Counted from the stretch's first letter, positions 1 to 10,223 are shown. The stretch is 64,000 nucleotides of DNA from Desulfobacterales bacterium (GCA_040771865.1 JAXGZF010000004.1:124001-188000), one strand, 5' to 3'. The notes: generated by a model not told the origin, from the letters alone. Translations and numbers: made by a program.

Positions 1-235
1 CGACCTCATCGGTCAGCCGTCTTTGATGATCCGTAATGGCTTCAAGTGTTTTCGACATTACAGGCAGAAGGTCCCGCAGCATGGCTTCAAGCTGTTCGCT
101 GCCTTCAGACCGGCGTTGATTGGGATTTTTTCTGCGGAAGTTGGGATTCTGGCGATCCTGGGGATTGTAAACGCCGTTTTCATATGTACGTGGGGGGCGA
201 TTGCCGGAACGATAATTCTGATAATAGTCACTCAT
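1..235 (-). CDS. Hypothetical protein, N-terminal part (runs off the window edge)
   Basis: Not in the ORF track. The minus-strand frame is open from ATG at 235 to the edge (MSDYYQNYRSGNRPPRTYENGVYNPQDRQNPNFRRKN...LEAITDHQRRLTDEV), with an AGGAG RBS just upstream. Confidence 0.75.
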   Translation of the reverse strand, partial: MSDYYQNYRSGNRPPRTYENGVYNPQDRQNPNFRRKNPNQRRSEGSEQLEAMLRDLLPVMSKTLEAITDHQRRLTDEV

Positions 236-556
236 CGGAAATACTCCTAAATTTCGGCGGCCCGAAGGCCTTTCATCGAGAAAAAATTATATGAACTGGC
301 AGAAAGCCGCGTCTAAGCGCGAAATGCTGCGACCGGGCTGCGAAGTCATTGATCGTCGCAATCTAATGAAATTCAGGATCCATACCCGGCGATTTCAAAA
401 AATACAAAAACAAATCGACTTAAAAAGTGTTTGCGCCCAAATTAACCAACTTTTGTATTGCAATTCCGCAGAACGTCACGTAGTTAACAAAAATCTGAAA
501 AAACATCTCGCGACGATATCGTTGAATTTCGCCACTATTTTCATCTGAGCATTATT

Positions 557-603
557 CCTATAATACCAGGAAATTTTCCTGTCAATATGGGAATTTCCCC
601 TAT
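557..603 (-). promoter_or_regulatory. Sigma70-type promoter overlapped by two palindromic operator-like sites
   Basis: Minus strand TTGACA(585-580)-17 bp-TATAGG(562-557). Palindromes CAGGAAA-T-TTTCCTG (567-581) and ATATGGGAA-T-TTCCCCTAT (585-603). Confidence 0.55.
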
Positions 604-808
604 CTGCATTTTTATTCAAAAAATCATGGAATCTTCTTGAGACTTATCCATATTTTCAATAACAAAATTGGTTTTATTCGAAGACCGATCGCATTCTTTG
701 GAAGAAGGCAGCAGGGCCGCCTTCTGATGAGAGCTCATGCAAAAGAGGAGGGAAACTACGAGCGCAACCCTTGTGGAAAAGTATTGGTCTCAGCGCCTTT
801 TCCCGGGC

Positions 809-2086
809 TCAGAGGGAAACATCAAATGCCTCTATCTGGCGTTGAAGTTCGAAATGGCTTTCAAACACCTGAGTATAAGCGCTGATCACGTTGAACCTTG
901 CACGCGATAAATAAAAAATCGCGTCGAGCAAATCCGCGGAGGTATTCAGCCCCTGTTTAAAGGCCAGATCCGTTACCCGGAGATTTTCTTCGGCTTCCGT
1001 CCGGCTGCTTCTGGCCACCTGAAGATTTTCAAAGGCCACCTCCAGATCCAGAATCGTGTTGTGCAGCCGAGTTTTCAGCGCATTTTCAAGTTCATTGCGT
1101 TGATATTCCGACTTTTTCTCTTCGATTCGGGCGTAACGTATTCGGCTGTGTTTTTTCAATCCGTCAAAGACATTGATGGATACGGTTGCCTGAATTCGCA
1201 TATCGTCTTCCTGAAGATCTGAAGAACCGAAATAATAATCATCGAAGTTAAGCTTGCGGTAATTGGCAGAAACATCGGCGCGGGGATACAGTTGGGCTTT
1301 GGCGGACTGGACTTGGAAACGCGCTGCGGCAATCGCCTTTTCAAGCGCCAGAAGTTCGCTGCGGTTTTCCAGCAGCAGGGTTTCCATCTCAGCATAATCT
1401 GTGTTTTCAGGAATGTTCTCAAAGCATGAAAAGTCCAGGGTTTCCAGGGAAATTTCCTCGCCGGTTTCGCGCATCAGGGAATTGATGCTTTTCTGAACCG
1501 ATGCTTGCGCACGACGGGTCTCCTGTTCGGCATTGTCCAGTTCCACCTTGATTCGCAGCAGATCGCTTTTGGTCAGAATTCCCACCTGATGTTTGAGCGC
1601 CACCTCCCGGTACCGGTCCCGGTAGAGGGCAACCGCGTCCTCGGCGACCTTCAGATTGGCCTGGTTTCTGTAAACCTCGAGCATCAGCAGTGCTGTGTTC
1701 AGAAATATGTCCTGTTTCACCGCATTGAGTCCCAGCCGGTCGATCTCTTCGTTGACCCTGGCGGTCTTGAGATCAAAATTGTCCTTGAATCCCGCAAATA
1801 TATTCCATGTAATCGAACCTAGAAATCTGTCGTTTTGTTTGTATTCGCCGGCGGTCAGAGAATCATCTCTGAGCCGGTTCAACGTATAGCTGAAGTCCAC
1901 GGAAGGAAGAAAATTGCCCCGAACCTCCCGTATTTTTTGAATCTGCTGGTCGACATTCGCCTCATAGGTCTTGACCAGATCACGGTGCACCAGGGCCGCC
2001 CGCTGAAGTTCCGTCAGATTTTGAGCATGAACCGTTGCGGTAAGGCACAGACAGGATGCAAACAACATGAGTTTAATGACTTTCAT
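809..2086 (-). CDS. TolC-family outer membrane efflux protein
   Basis: Signal peptide and two OEP-like repeats (FLPSVDFS, LYPRADVS); last gene of the MFP-RND-OMF order. Confidence 0.9.
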   Translation of the reverse strand: MKVIKLMLFASCLCLTATVHAQNLTELQRAALVHRDLVKTYEANVDQQIQKIREVRGNFLPSVDFSYTLNRLRDDSLTAGEYKQNDRFLGSITWNIFAGFKDNFDLKTARVNEEIDRLGLNAVKQDIFLNTALLMLEVYRNQANLKVAEDAVALYRDRYREVALKHQVGILTKSDLLRIKVELDNAEQETRRAQASVQKSINSLMRETGEEISLETLDFSCFENIPENTDYAEMETLLLENRSELLALEKAIAAARFQVQSAKAQLYPRADVSANYRKLNFDDYYFGSSDLQEDDMRIQATVSINVFDGLKKHSRIRYARIEEKKSEYQRNELENALKTRLHNTILDLEVAFENLQVARSSRTEAEENLRVTDLAFKQGLNTSADLLDAIFYLSRARFNVISAYTQVFESHFELQRQIEAFDVSL

Positions 2087-2110
2087 TGGATTTATCCTTG
2101 CATGATTTCG

Positions 2111-5100
2111 TCAAACCGATTTTTTTTCCTCAAAACCGATGAAAAAAGCCAGCAGAGCCGGTATGATAAACAGGGTAAAGACCGTTGACAGGGCCAGTCC
2201 TCCCAGAAGCACGCTTCCGATGCCCCGGTACATCTCGCTGCCCGATCCCGTGGTTGCGACCATGGGCATCAAACCGAAAATGCTGGTGAATGTACTCATG
2301 AATATGGGACGAATGCGGTTTCTAACCGATTCGGAGATGGCCTGCATTTTTTCCATATGCGCGTATCGAATATTGTTGAGGGCCTGATGAACGATCAGAA
2401 TCGCATTATTGACCACGGTGCCGATCAGAATGATGAAGCCCAGTATGGTGAGTACATCCATGGGCTGGGGGGCGATGAACGCATTGACCAGCTTCAGACC
2501 GATAAAGCCGCCAGCGGCGGCAAGAGGCACCGAAAACATGATGATCAGCGGGTAGAAAAAGTTTTCAAACAGAGAAGCCATCAGTAGATAGGTGATCACC
2601 AGAGCCAGCAGGATGTTCCACTGCAGGGCGAGACGGGTCTGGGTCAGCTTGTCGGCGTTTCCGCCCGTATTGACGCTCAGCCCGGAAGGCAGCTTTCCAA
2701 TCTCTTTGAGCTGCGAGACGATCCCGTCGATGGTTTCCATGGCCCCCTGAAGGGCGATGGTCGCAGGAGGCGTGACCTCAAGCCGAATGGTTCGTTTTTT
2801 CTCCAGCCGGTCGATCTGCGTCATGCCCTGGGTGTATTCGATTCGGGCCACGTCTCCGATGCGCACCAGTTGTCCGTGATGATTAACGATCAAGGTGTTC
2901 AGAATGTCTTCCGGAGTCCTGATGTCCGTCTCGGAGCCCCGAAGCACCAGGTCGATCTGATAGGCGCCTTCGGGCCGGTATTCACCGATCTTTCGTCCCG
3001 TCATGAGCACGTCCACATAGGCGCCCAGCTCGGATTCGCTCAGACCGCTGGCGGCGAGTTTGCGCCGGTCCGGCACGATATTGGTCTCGGGATAGGAGAT
3101 TTCAAGAGAGGGCACGGGCCGAATCTGGCTGCCGGGAATCGCCTGTCCGAGAGCGCCGAACAGAATGCGGCCGGCCTGAACCATGTTCTCCAGATTTTCT
3201 CCGGAGATGTTGACGTCCACGGTTCGACCCCGGCCCAGGTCCGACTCGAAGATTCCGGGCTGAATGCTGATGCCCAGCATGCCGGGTATGGAATAAATGA
3301 TCCGGTTCAGCAAGGGAATCAGTTTCGCGGCCTCGGTTTCGTGCTCATCCGTGCACATGGTGCCGCAAAGCGAGATCATGTCGGCGGAAACGTAAAACGT
3401 CCCCTTGACCGGAGGGATTCCGTCCTTGCCGCCTTCTGTGTCCATGTAGGGTTCGATCTGAGCGAAGATGAATTTTCCCACTTCGAGGCGCTTCTGCGCG
3501 CTGTACCCCGGCGGCGGAATCAGAATGCTCATGATGAAGTTCTGATTGCCCTGAGGCAGGTATTCGGCCTTTGGCATCAGCATCCAGACCGTTCCGATGG
3601 AAAAACCGGTAAAAATCAGCACACAGGCCATTCGTGTAAAAATGGTTTTCTGAAAAGCCGCCGAAACGCTCATGATCAGGTTAACGAAAAAAGAACCGGT
3701 GCGTTGAACGATGTCGAATCTTTCCGCCTTGACGGTGCTACGACGGTACAGTAGGTTCATGGCGGCGGGAATCAGCGTTACGGACACGGCCAGGCTGATG
3801 AGAATCGAGAAGGTGATGGCAATGGCGATATCTCGAAAAAGCTGGCCCGCCTCCTCTTGTATAAAGATCACGGGCAGAAACACGGCGACCGTGGTCAAAG
3901 TGGAGGCCAGAACCGCTCCGTAAACCTCTCTGGCACCGTCGTAGACAGCATCGGCGATTTTTTTGTTCATTTTCCGATGCCGGTCGATGTTTTCCAGCAC
4001 CACGATGGAGTTGTCCACCAGCATGCCCACGGCGAAACTGATGCCCGCCAGGCTGACCACGTTCAGATTCCGGTTAAACAACCACAGAAAGATGAAGGTG
4101 CCTACGGCCGACACCGGAATGGCCAGGGTCGTGGTCAGAGTTGAGCGAAAGCTTCTCAAAAAGAGCATCAGCACGCATATGGCCAGAAAACCGCCGATAA
4201 AAACGTTCTGCTCGACGATGGAGATGGCCTTGAAAATATAGGGCGCCTCGTCATAGACCCAACGGATGGTCAGATTTTGTTCCTGAAGCGGTCCGGCGTT
4301 CAGCCAGTCGACCACCTCGCGAACCCGTCGAATCACCTCCGGAACGTTGGCACCCTGCTGGCGCTTGACGCCGATCACGATGCTCTCGGCGCCGTCGTCC
4401 ATTACCGAGACGAACCGGGTCTCATACCCGATTCGAGTAAAGGCGATATCCCTCAGGTACACCCGTTTCATGCCGTCCTCGAAGATCACCACGTCCAGGG
4501 GGTCTTCCGGATTCTGAAATTTGGACGAGGTGCGGATGCGGTAATTTGTCTGATCAATGCCCACGCTTCCGGCCGAGATATCCTTGTTGGCCGCAGCCAC
4601 CCGGAGCGACACCTGGTCGATCGTAATGCCGTACCGGGCCATTTTGACAGGGTCCAGAACAATTTCAAGCTGCTGCGCGGTTCCGCCGAAAACCATCAGG
4701 GAGGCCACGCCGTCGACTCTTTCGAGGTACTGCTGAATCTCATTTTCAAAATAGGTCTGATAGGTGACGATTTTCGAAGGGTCTCCGGATATCGTCTTCA
4801 ACTGAAGCCAGATGATCGGTTCTCCGGCCGCGCCTGAGCTGTACAGAATCGGTTTTTCTACACTTTCAGGGTAATCAGCCACCTCGTTGAGCTTGTTTGA
4901 AACGCGAAGCATGGCCGTGTCGATATCGGTCTCAAGGCCGAAGGTCAGGGTGATGCGGGCAAAATCATTGTACGAAGAACTCTCCATTTTCACAAGATTT
5001 TCAAGGCTCTTGAGCTTTTCTTCCTGTTTTTCAACCACCTCGCTTTCGATTTCGCTGGGGCTTGCTCCGGACCAGAATGTCTGAACCTCAATTTTAGGCT

Positions 5101-5224
5101 GCTCGGTATCGGGCGCCAGCTGAACCGGCAGCCTAAACAGTCCGATAAATCCGAACAGGAGAATCAGAATCGCTCCAACCGTGATCGAAACCGGTCTGTT
5201 GATGGCCAATTTTAGAAAATCCAT
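2111..5224 (-). CDS. RND efflux permease (AcrB/AcrD/AcrF family)
   Basis: 1037 aa with motifs AINRPV, GMLVDNSIVVLENI and RIRPIFMST; two large periplasmic loops. Confidence 0.95.
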   Translation of the reverse strand: MDFLKLAINRPVSITVGAILILLFGFIGLFRLPVQLAPDTEQPKIEVQTFWSGASPSEIESEVVEKQEEKLKSLENLVKMESSSYNDFARITLTFGLETDIDTAMLRVSNKLNEVADYPESVEKPILYSSGAAGEPIIWLQLKTISGDPSKIVTYQTYFENEIQQYLERVDGVASLMVFGGTAQQLEIVLDPVKMARYGITIDQVSLRVAAANKDISAGSVGIDQTNYRIRTSSKFQNPEDPLDVVIFEDGMKRVYLRDIAFTRIGYETRFVSVMDDGAESIVIGVKRQQGANVPEVIRRVREVVDWLNAGPLQEQNLTIRWVYDEAPYIFKAISIVEQNVFIGGFLAICVLMLFLRSFRSTLTTTLAIPVSAVGTFIFLWLFNRNLNVVSLAGISFAVGMLVDNSIVVLENIDRHRKMNKKIADAVYDGAREVYGAVLASTLTTVAVFLPVIFIQEEAGQLFRDIAIAITFSILISLAVSVTLIPAAMNLLYRRSTVKAERFDIVQRTGSFFVNLIMSVSAAFQKTIFTRMACVLIFTGFSIGTVWMLMPKAEYLPQGNQNFIMSILIPPPGYSAQKRLEVGKFIFAQIEPYMDTEGGKDGIPPVKGTFYVSADMISLCGTMCTDEHETEAAKLIPLLNRIIYSIPGMLGISIQPGIFESDLGRGRTVDVNISGENLENMVQAGRILFGALGQAIPGSQIRPVPSLEISYPETNIVPDRRKLAASGLSESELGAYVDVLMTGRKIGEYRPEGAYQIDLVLRGSETDIRTPEDILNTLIVNHHGQLVRIGDVARIEYTQGMTQIDRLEKKRTIRLEVTPPATIALQGAMETIDGIVSQLKEIGKLPSGLSVNTGGNADKLTQTRLALQWNILLALVITYLLMASLFENFFYPLIIMFSVPLAAAGGFIGLKLVNAFIAPQPMDVLTILGFIILIGTVVNNAILIVHQALNNIRYAHMEKMQAISESVRNRIRPIFMSTFTSIFGLMPMVATTGSGSEMYRGIGSVLLGGLALSTVFTLFIIPALLAFFIGFEEKKSV

Positions 5225-5251
5225 GAAAATCGCTTTCCGATATCCATTCGC

Positions 5252-6340
5252 CTAAGGTTTTGCCGACGAATTTATCTCCTTGACAGCTACCGGCTGATCG
5301 GGTCGAAGCCGCTGGTTTCCGTCCACCACAACAGCCATGCCCGCCTGGATCGGACCGGGCACAACGGCAGCATAATTTTCGACATAGGCGGACACCTGAA
5401 CCGGTATCAAAGCGGCCTTTCCTTCGATGACCGCATAGACGAACTGCCCGCCCTGAAAACTGACCAGCGCATCCCGGGGAACCAAGGTAAACAACTTCTT
5501 TTCGCTGACCGACACAAGGACCGTTGCGCTCATGTTTTCGGCCAGGGAACTGGTCTTGGGCAGGCGGATCTTCAGCCATGCGTTTTTGGTTTGAGGATCG
5601 GCAATGGGAATAATTCCTTCAAATTTTCCTGAAAAGGTCTTTCCAAGCGCGTGTACGGTTACCTCCATCATATCGCCGGGTTTCGAAAAACCGGCCAGTT
5701 CTTCGGCTACCGGGGCCTTGACGCATACATCCTGCAGGGAGCCGATGCGGCAGATCCGGTCTCCAGGACCAACCCAGTCGCCGATTTCGGTGAACTTTTC
5801 GAGAACAATACCTTCAAACGGCGCGGAAATCCGGCTTTTTTTCTTTTTCAGCCGCTGAATTTCCAGTTCCTTTTCCAGGGCGTTTTTTTGCTCTATCAGG
5901 CTTCGGCGCTGGAATTGAAGATCATCGTAGGTCTTTTCGCTGGTTGCCTGCTGGTCGTACAGGGCCTGATACCGGGTCAGGTCCCTCTCGGTCTGTTCGA
6001 TCTGGATGGCGATCTGCTGAATCCGGGTCTGGGCCGCCTCGATATCCCGATCGATAAAGTCGGTGTTCAGCTCGACCAGCAGGGCGCCTTTTTCCACAAG
6101 ATCTCCCTGGCGAAAGTGCACCGCCCTGAGCTTGCCGGACACCTCCGTGGAAAGCTGGCTGACCTTGTCATAGTAAACGATTCCCACAATGGGCGCATTT
6201 TCGGCCACCATGCGCTCGACGGCCGGCGCCGTGGCCACAATCGCCGGCGGAGGCCCCTCCGGCTCCGCCAAAACTTTTGCAGCAAGCGCCGCAAACACGA
6301 ACATCCATAACAGGATCTGACGATACTTTGCGCGGACCAT
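5252..6340 (-). CDS. RND efflux periplasmic adaptor (membrane fusion protein)
   Basis: Lipoyl-like halves (VSGKLRAVHFRQGDLVEKG, ISAPFEGIV) flank a coiled coil; adjacent to the RND gene. Confidence 0.92.
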   Translation of the reverse strand: MVRAKYRQILLWMFVFAALAAKVLAEPEGPPPAIVATAPAVERMVAENAPIVGIVYYDKVSQLSTEVSGKLRAVHFRQGDLVEKGALLVELNTDFIDRDIEAAQTRIQQIAIQIEQTERDLTRYQALYDQQATSEKTYDDLQFQRRSLIEQKNALEKELEIQRLKKKKSRISAPFEGIVLEKFTEIGDWVGPGDRICRIGSLQDVCVKAPVAEELAGFSKPGDMMEVTVHALGKTFSGKFEGIIPIADPQTKNAWLKIRLPKTSSLAENMSATVLVSVSEKKLFTLVPRDALVSFQGGQFVYAVIEGKAALIPVQVSAYVENYAAVVPGPIQAGMAVVVDGNQRLRPDQPVAVKEINSSAKP

Positions 6341-6481
6341 GAAATGTCAAACTCCTTTGAAATCAGGAATCAGGGTTTCGCCGGTGAGGTCTGGCCGGCA
6401 GAAAAATCGCCATGGGAGTTCCGGAAACCTTGAGCGCAGGAGATGCTTTTGAAAAGCAAACCCGATAAAGAAAGCGCCGGT

Positions 6482-7039
6482 TTAAAATCCGAGCCCCTCA
6501 ATGAACAGGAGCAAAAAAATCAGCACCGCGCTGGTCGAGGCCACCATGATCCATGCCTTTACGCCCAGAAGTTCTGGAAGGGTGATCTGTCCGAAATCGC
6601 CCCGTTGAAGGATCTTTGCATTTAGCCAGGGATAGGCCAGTGCAAAAAGCCAGGTTCCGATCAGAATGCCCGGAATTCCCGCAAACAGTGCGTCCAGGTA
6701 TCCCTGTCCGACGGCGCCTGCAGCGGTTCCGGGGCAGTAGCCCAGAATTCCGAAACCCAGGCCGAAAATCAGCCCGCCCACGGCCGTAGCTCCCCAGGAG
6801 CCTGGCTTGGGTTGAAGCTGGACCCTGCCGATGCCGCGCAGAAAATAGATGCCGATCATACCGGTGATCACGGCCGAAAGCATGACCTTGGCTACGGTAA
6901 AATCGATCAGAAGCAACTGGGCGATGATGACGTCGTAGTCCGTTACACCGGCTTTCTGCAGAAAAAACCCGAACACGATTCCCGTGACAAGCCCCAGGGC
7001 GAGCCGGCGGGCTTTTTTAAAGTCAAACAGCGTCTGCAT
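6482..7039 (-). CDS. YeeE/YedE-family sulfur-compound transporter subunit
   Basis: Hydrophobic; GIVFGFFLQKAG and GGLIFGLGFGILGYCPGT motifs. Confidence 0.88.
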   Translation of the reverse strand: MQTLFDFKKARRLALGLVTGIVFGFFLQKAGVTDYDVIIAQLLLIDFTVAKVMLSAVITGMIGIYFLRGIGRVQLQPKPGSWGATAVGGLIFGLGFGILGYCPGTAAGAVGQGYLDALFAGIPGILIGTWLFALAYPWLNAKILQRGDFGQITLPELLGVKAWIMVASTSAVLIFLLLFIEGLGF

Positions 7040-7051
7040 GACCGCCTCCTT

Positions 7052-7573
7052 TCAGATTGAAAAACCGCCGTAAAGCATCACGGCCGCAAAGATGCCGCCG
7101 ATAAAAAAACAGATTGCCGCCAGCCAGCCGCTTGCCGCCAGCTGAAGGGTTCCGCTGATTCCGTGTCCGCTGGTGCATCCGCCGGCCCACCGGGCGCCGA
7201 TTCCCATGAGGATGCCTCCAAAGAGTGCGAATAACCATCGGCGCAGCCCCATCGATCCGAACGCGGCGGCCCAGGTATCGGGAACCGCCTTAAATTCAAA
7301 GGTTCCCGACATTTTGGACGAGAGATAAGCGCCGATAAAAATTCCGGCCACTAGCATCCATTCCCAGTCGATTTCAGGAACAAACTTCTGATAATAGGGC
7401 CTGTCCAGCGTTCTCTTTGCGTAAAACAGCTTCTCGATCATGCCGCTGGTGCGTGCAAAGGCAGTGGAGCAGCCGATGGGTTTTTCGGCCAGCAGAAAGC
7501 ACAGCCAGCTCAGGACGCCGATGCCGATGCCGCATGCATAGGGAGACCAGTTTTCCAGAGACAGAAGGTACAT
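7052..7573 (-). CDS. YeeE/YedE-family sulfur-compound transporter subunit
   Basis: WSPY, PIGCST and GARWAGGCTSGHGISG motifs. Confidence 0.88.
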   Translation of the reverse strand: MYLLSLENWSPYACGIGIGVLSWLCFLLAEKPIGCSTAFARTSGMIEKLFYAKRTLDRPYYQKFVPEIDWEWMLVAGIFIGAYLSSKMSGTFEFKAVPDTWAAAFGSMGLRRWLFALFGGILMGIGARWAGGCTSGHGISGTLQLAASGWLAAICFFIGGIFAAVMLYGGFSI

Positions 7574-7586
7574 CGCGTCCCTCCTT

Positions 7587-9011
7587 TCATTCGATGTGTG
7601 TTCCGATCAGCCGGGGGCCATGAGGCGCCACGCAAACCGGGCATTCCGGCGAGAATCCGGCCGCTGCGTAGCCGGCCATTCCGCCGGCCGCGTTAAAAAC
7701 TTCCCTGAAACCCCGCTGCATGAGCAGACTGGCCCCCATACTCGATCGTTGTCCGGTGCCGCAGATCACAAGAACGGGAAGCTCCGGGTCGAGCTCCCTG
7801 TAGCGGGTTCTTAATTCCGGCGCAGGAATATTGACCGCGTTTTGAATATGCCGCGCAGCAAATTCGCTCGAAGCCCGTACGTCTAGAAATGCCATGGACC
7901 CCTCGCGGGCGGCGGCATTGACCTCGTCGGCCCCCATCTGCCGGACATGGGCCATGGGAAGACCGGCTTTGGCCCAACCCAGCATGCCGCCTTCCAGATA
8001 TCCCGGGCTGTGGTCCAGCCCCACCCTGCGCAGCCAGACCACCGCCTTCTGAGCTTGAGCCGGGCTGTCGGTTACCAGATAAAGATGCGCATCCGGTTCG
8101 ATCAACCATCCGCAGAAGGTCGCAAAATTTCCGCCGAAGTCCACGTGCAAAGCGCCGGGAATGTGATTCCCTCCAAAGGCGTCATAGCTTCGAATATCCA
8201 GAATTTTCGCGTTTGCGCCCCGCAAGGCTTTTTCAAAGGCAAGCGGTTCGATGGATTTTATGGGCGCCAGAGAGGCAATCCTGGCCGGACCCTTGCGGTT
8301 TACCTCGCTGCAGCGGCTGAAATGATCCGGCGCCGGAGGCATGTCGGTGGTCAGGGATCGAATGAATTCCTCCTTGTCCCGAATTCGAAGGGCGGGATTG
8401 AATTTCTTTTCATATCCCACGGTACTGGAGCGTTTGGCGCTCAAGGCCCGCCCGCACAGGGTTCCCGCTCCGTGGGCCGGGTAAACCTCGCAGAAATCCG
8501 GAAGCTTCAACAACTTGTCGTGAAGGCTGTGATAGAGTTTTCCGGCCAGTTCCTTCGCGATGTCGGGAAACAGATCCGGTCTTCCCACATCGCCCACAAA
8601 CAGGGTATCCCCGCAGAAAACGGCCGCCGGATCCTTTCCTCTGGCTGAATCCGAAACCACGAAGGCGATGTGCTCGGGCGTATGCCCCGGGGTTTCCAGA
8701 ACGCTCACCCGCATGTCCTCGATTTCAAAAGAATCTCCTTCGACCAGAGGCACATGGTCGAAGGCGCAGTTTCCCGATTTGGGCACGTATATTTTTGCTC
8801 CGGTTTTTGCGGCCAGATCCATGTGTCCTGCGATGAAATCCGCATGCAGGTGGGTTTCCAGAATATGGGTGATTTTCAGATCCATGGCCCTGGCGGCTTC
8901 CAGGTACATCTCGATATTTCGGTCGGGGTCCACAATGGCGCAGGCGCTGTCGCCGCCGAGAAGATAGGAACTGTGGGCAATGCCCTTGACGAAAAACTGT
9001 TGAATAATCAT
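7587..9011 (-). CDS. MBL-fold persulfide dioxygenase-like protein fused to two rhodanese domains (CstB-like)
   Basis: ETHLHADF, TPGHTPEH, GDTLFVGDVGRPDL and PAHGAGTLCG motifs; C-terminal rhodanese loop ICGTGQRS. Start moved to MIIQQF (9011) after an AAAGGAG RBS. Confidence 0.88.
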   Translation of the reverse strand: MIIQQFFVKGIAHSSYLLGGDSACAIVDPDRNIEMYLEAARAMDLKITHILETHLHADFIAGHMDLAAKTGAKIYVPKSGNCAFDHVPLVEGDSFEIEDMRVSVLETPGHTPEHIAFVVSDSARGKDPAAVFCGDTLFVGDVGRPDLFPDIAKELAGKLYHSLHDKLLKLPDFCEVYPAHGAGTLCGRALSAKRSSTVGYEKKFNPALRIRDKEEFIRSLTTDMPPAPDHFSRCSEVNRKGPARIASLAPIKSIEPLAFEKALRGANAKILDIRSYDAFGGNHIPGALHVDFGGNFATFCGWLIEPDAHLYLVTDSPAQAQKAVVWLRRVGLDHSPGYLEGGMLGWAKAGLPMAHVRQMGADEVNAAAREGSMAFLDVRASSEFAARHIQNAVNIPAPELRTRYRELDPELPVLVICGTGQRSSMGASLLMQRGFREVFNAAGGMAGYAAAGFSPECPVCVAPHGPRLIGTHIE

Positions 9012-9199
9012 CGGCGCTCTCCTTTCATGCCGTTTGCGTTGAGACCTTGTCAAAAGACGCGGAGGTCTGTACAAAAACGGAAAAACGGGGCTTTAATCTC
9101 AAGTTGATGCGGCATCGATCTTCAGGAACAGTTTATTTGTCATATAGCAAAAAACAGGCCTTGATAGCCAGTACTAGTTTGATGAATTTGAAACGAAAT

Positions 9200-9871
9200 T
9201 TAAGATGCGATTTGTGGCGCGATACAATAAAAAAAGCCGAAAAAATGACAGGCGCTTCCCCCCAGCACGAACAGGTGCCAGACAGCGTGATGATACGGAA
9301 GCTTTTTCAGAGCGTAGAAGATCACCCCCAGGGTGTAGACAATCCCGCCCGTGACGAGCCATCGGATCAGGTCGGGAGAGAGGGTGTGGGACATGGGCCC
9401 GAAGGCGATCACCACCAGCCAGCCCATGAGAATATAAAGGCATACGGACAGAATCCTGAGCCGGATTCCGGCGACGCAAAACTCCATCAGGATTCCAAGC
9501 ACAGCCAGAGCCCAGACCGCGCCGAACAGGGACCATCCCCAGACTCCGCGCATGAACACCAGCGTTACCGGCGTATAGGAGCCTGCGATGAGAAGATAGA
9601 TCGCGGTATGATCCAGCATTCTGAGCACCTGCTTGGGCTTGTCGGCGACTATGCCATGATACAGCGTGGATGCCAGGTACAGAATAATCAGCGTGGCCCC
9701 GTAGACGCCGAAGCTGACCACCAGTCGCGTATTTCCATAGAGACTTGCATATCGCACCAGAATCACCAGTGCTGCGATACTCAGGGCCGTGCCGATGCCG
9801 TGGGTGAGGCTGTTGGCGAGCTCTTCGCCCGGGCTCTGGCGTTTGCGGTTTTCCGGTGGCGCATCAGACAT
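9200..9871 (-). CDS. Hemolysin III / PAQR-family membrane protein
   Basis: EELANSLTHG, STLYH, DHTAIYLLIAGSYTP and HAVWHLFVLGG motifs. Start moved to MSDAPP. Confidence 0.9.
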   Translation of the reverse strand: MSDAPPENRKRQSPGEELANSLTHGIGTALSIAALVILVRYASLYGNTRLVVSFGVYGATLIILYLASTLYHGIVADKPKQVLRMLDHTAIYLLIAGSYTPVTLVFMRGVWGWSLFGAVWALAVLGILMEFCVAGIRLRILSVCLYILMGWLVVIAFGPMSHTLSPDLIRWLVTGGIVYTLGVIFYALKKLPYHHAVWHLFVLGGSACHFFGFFYCIAPQIAS

Positions 9872-10223
9872 GATTTTTTCCTTGAATTTTTGATATTCTG
9901 CCGTCAGACTGCAAGCCAAGTCAAGGGAAAAGGCTGTCCTTTGCGGGACGTAATTTGAGGATTCCGCGAGATTAACCCGATCAAAGCGCAACAGACATCA
10001 GGCGCGGGAACAGAACTATCCATGCTGCAATCGCGAAGAATATTCAACGGTTCCTGCCCGCCCTCTTGAAGATTTGTCGGCAAATTTGACGCCTTGACAA
10101 TGACGGGCATTATGGCTTAAAGTTTGAACCCTTCATTGCATATCATCTCTCGATGCCTGTCGGCCGAATTCCGGGGTTGATAGGGCAGAAAGTATTTCAA
10201 AACAAAAGGAAAAGGAGTTTAAG

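Noticed and set aside
2870..3754. Long antisense ORFs (also 16439-17320, 29017-29820, 48762-49976, 55930-56979)
   Set aside because: They are shadows of well-supported genes on the opposite strand in GC-rich coding DNA and carry no motifs.
7039..7054. The two YeeE/YedE genes are in frame across a TGA (possible selenocysteine or readthrough fusion)
   Set aside because: The spacer contains a strong AAGGAGG RBS for the second gene, the TGA is not at a conserved Cys position, and the GGCTSGH motif already has Cys.
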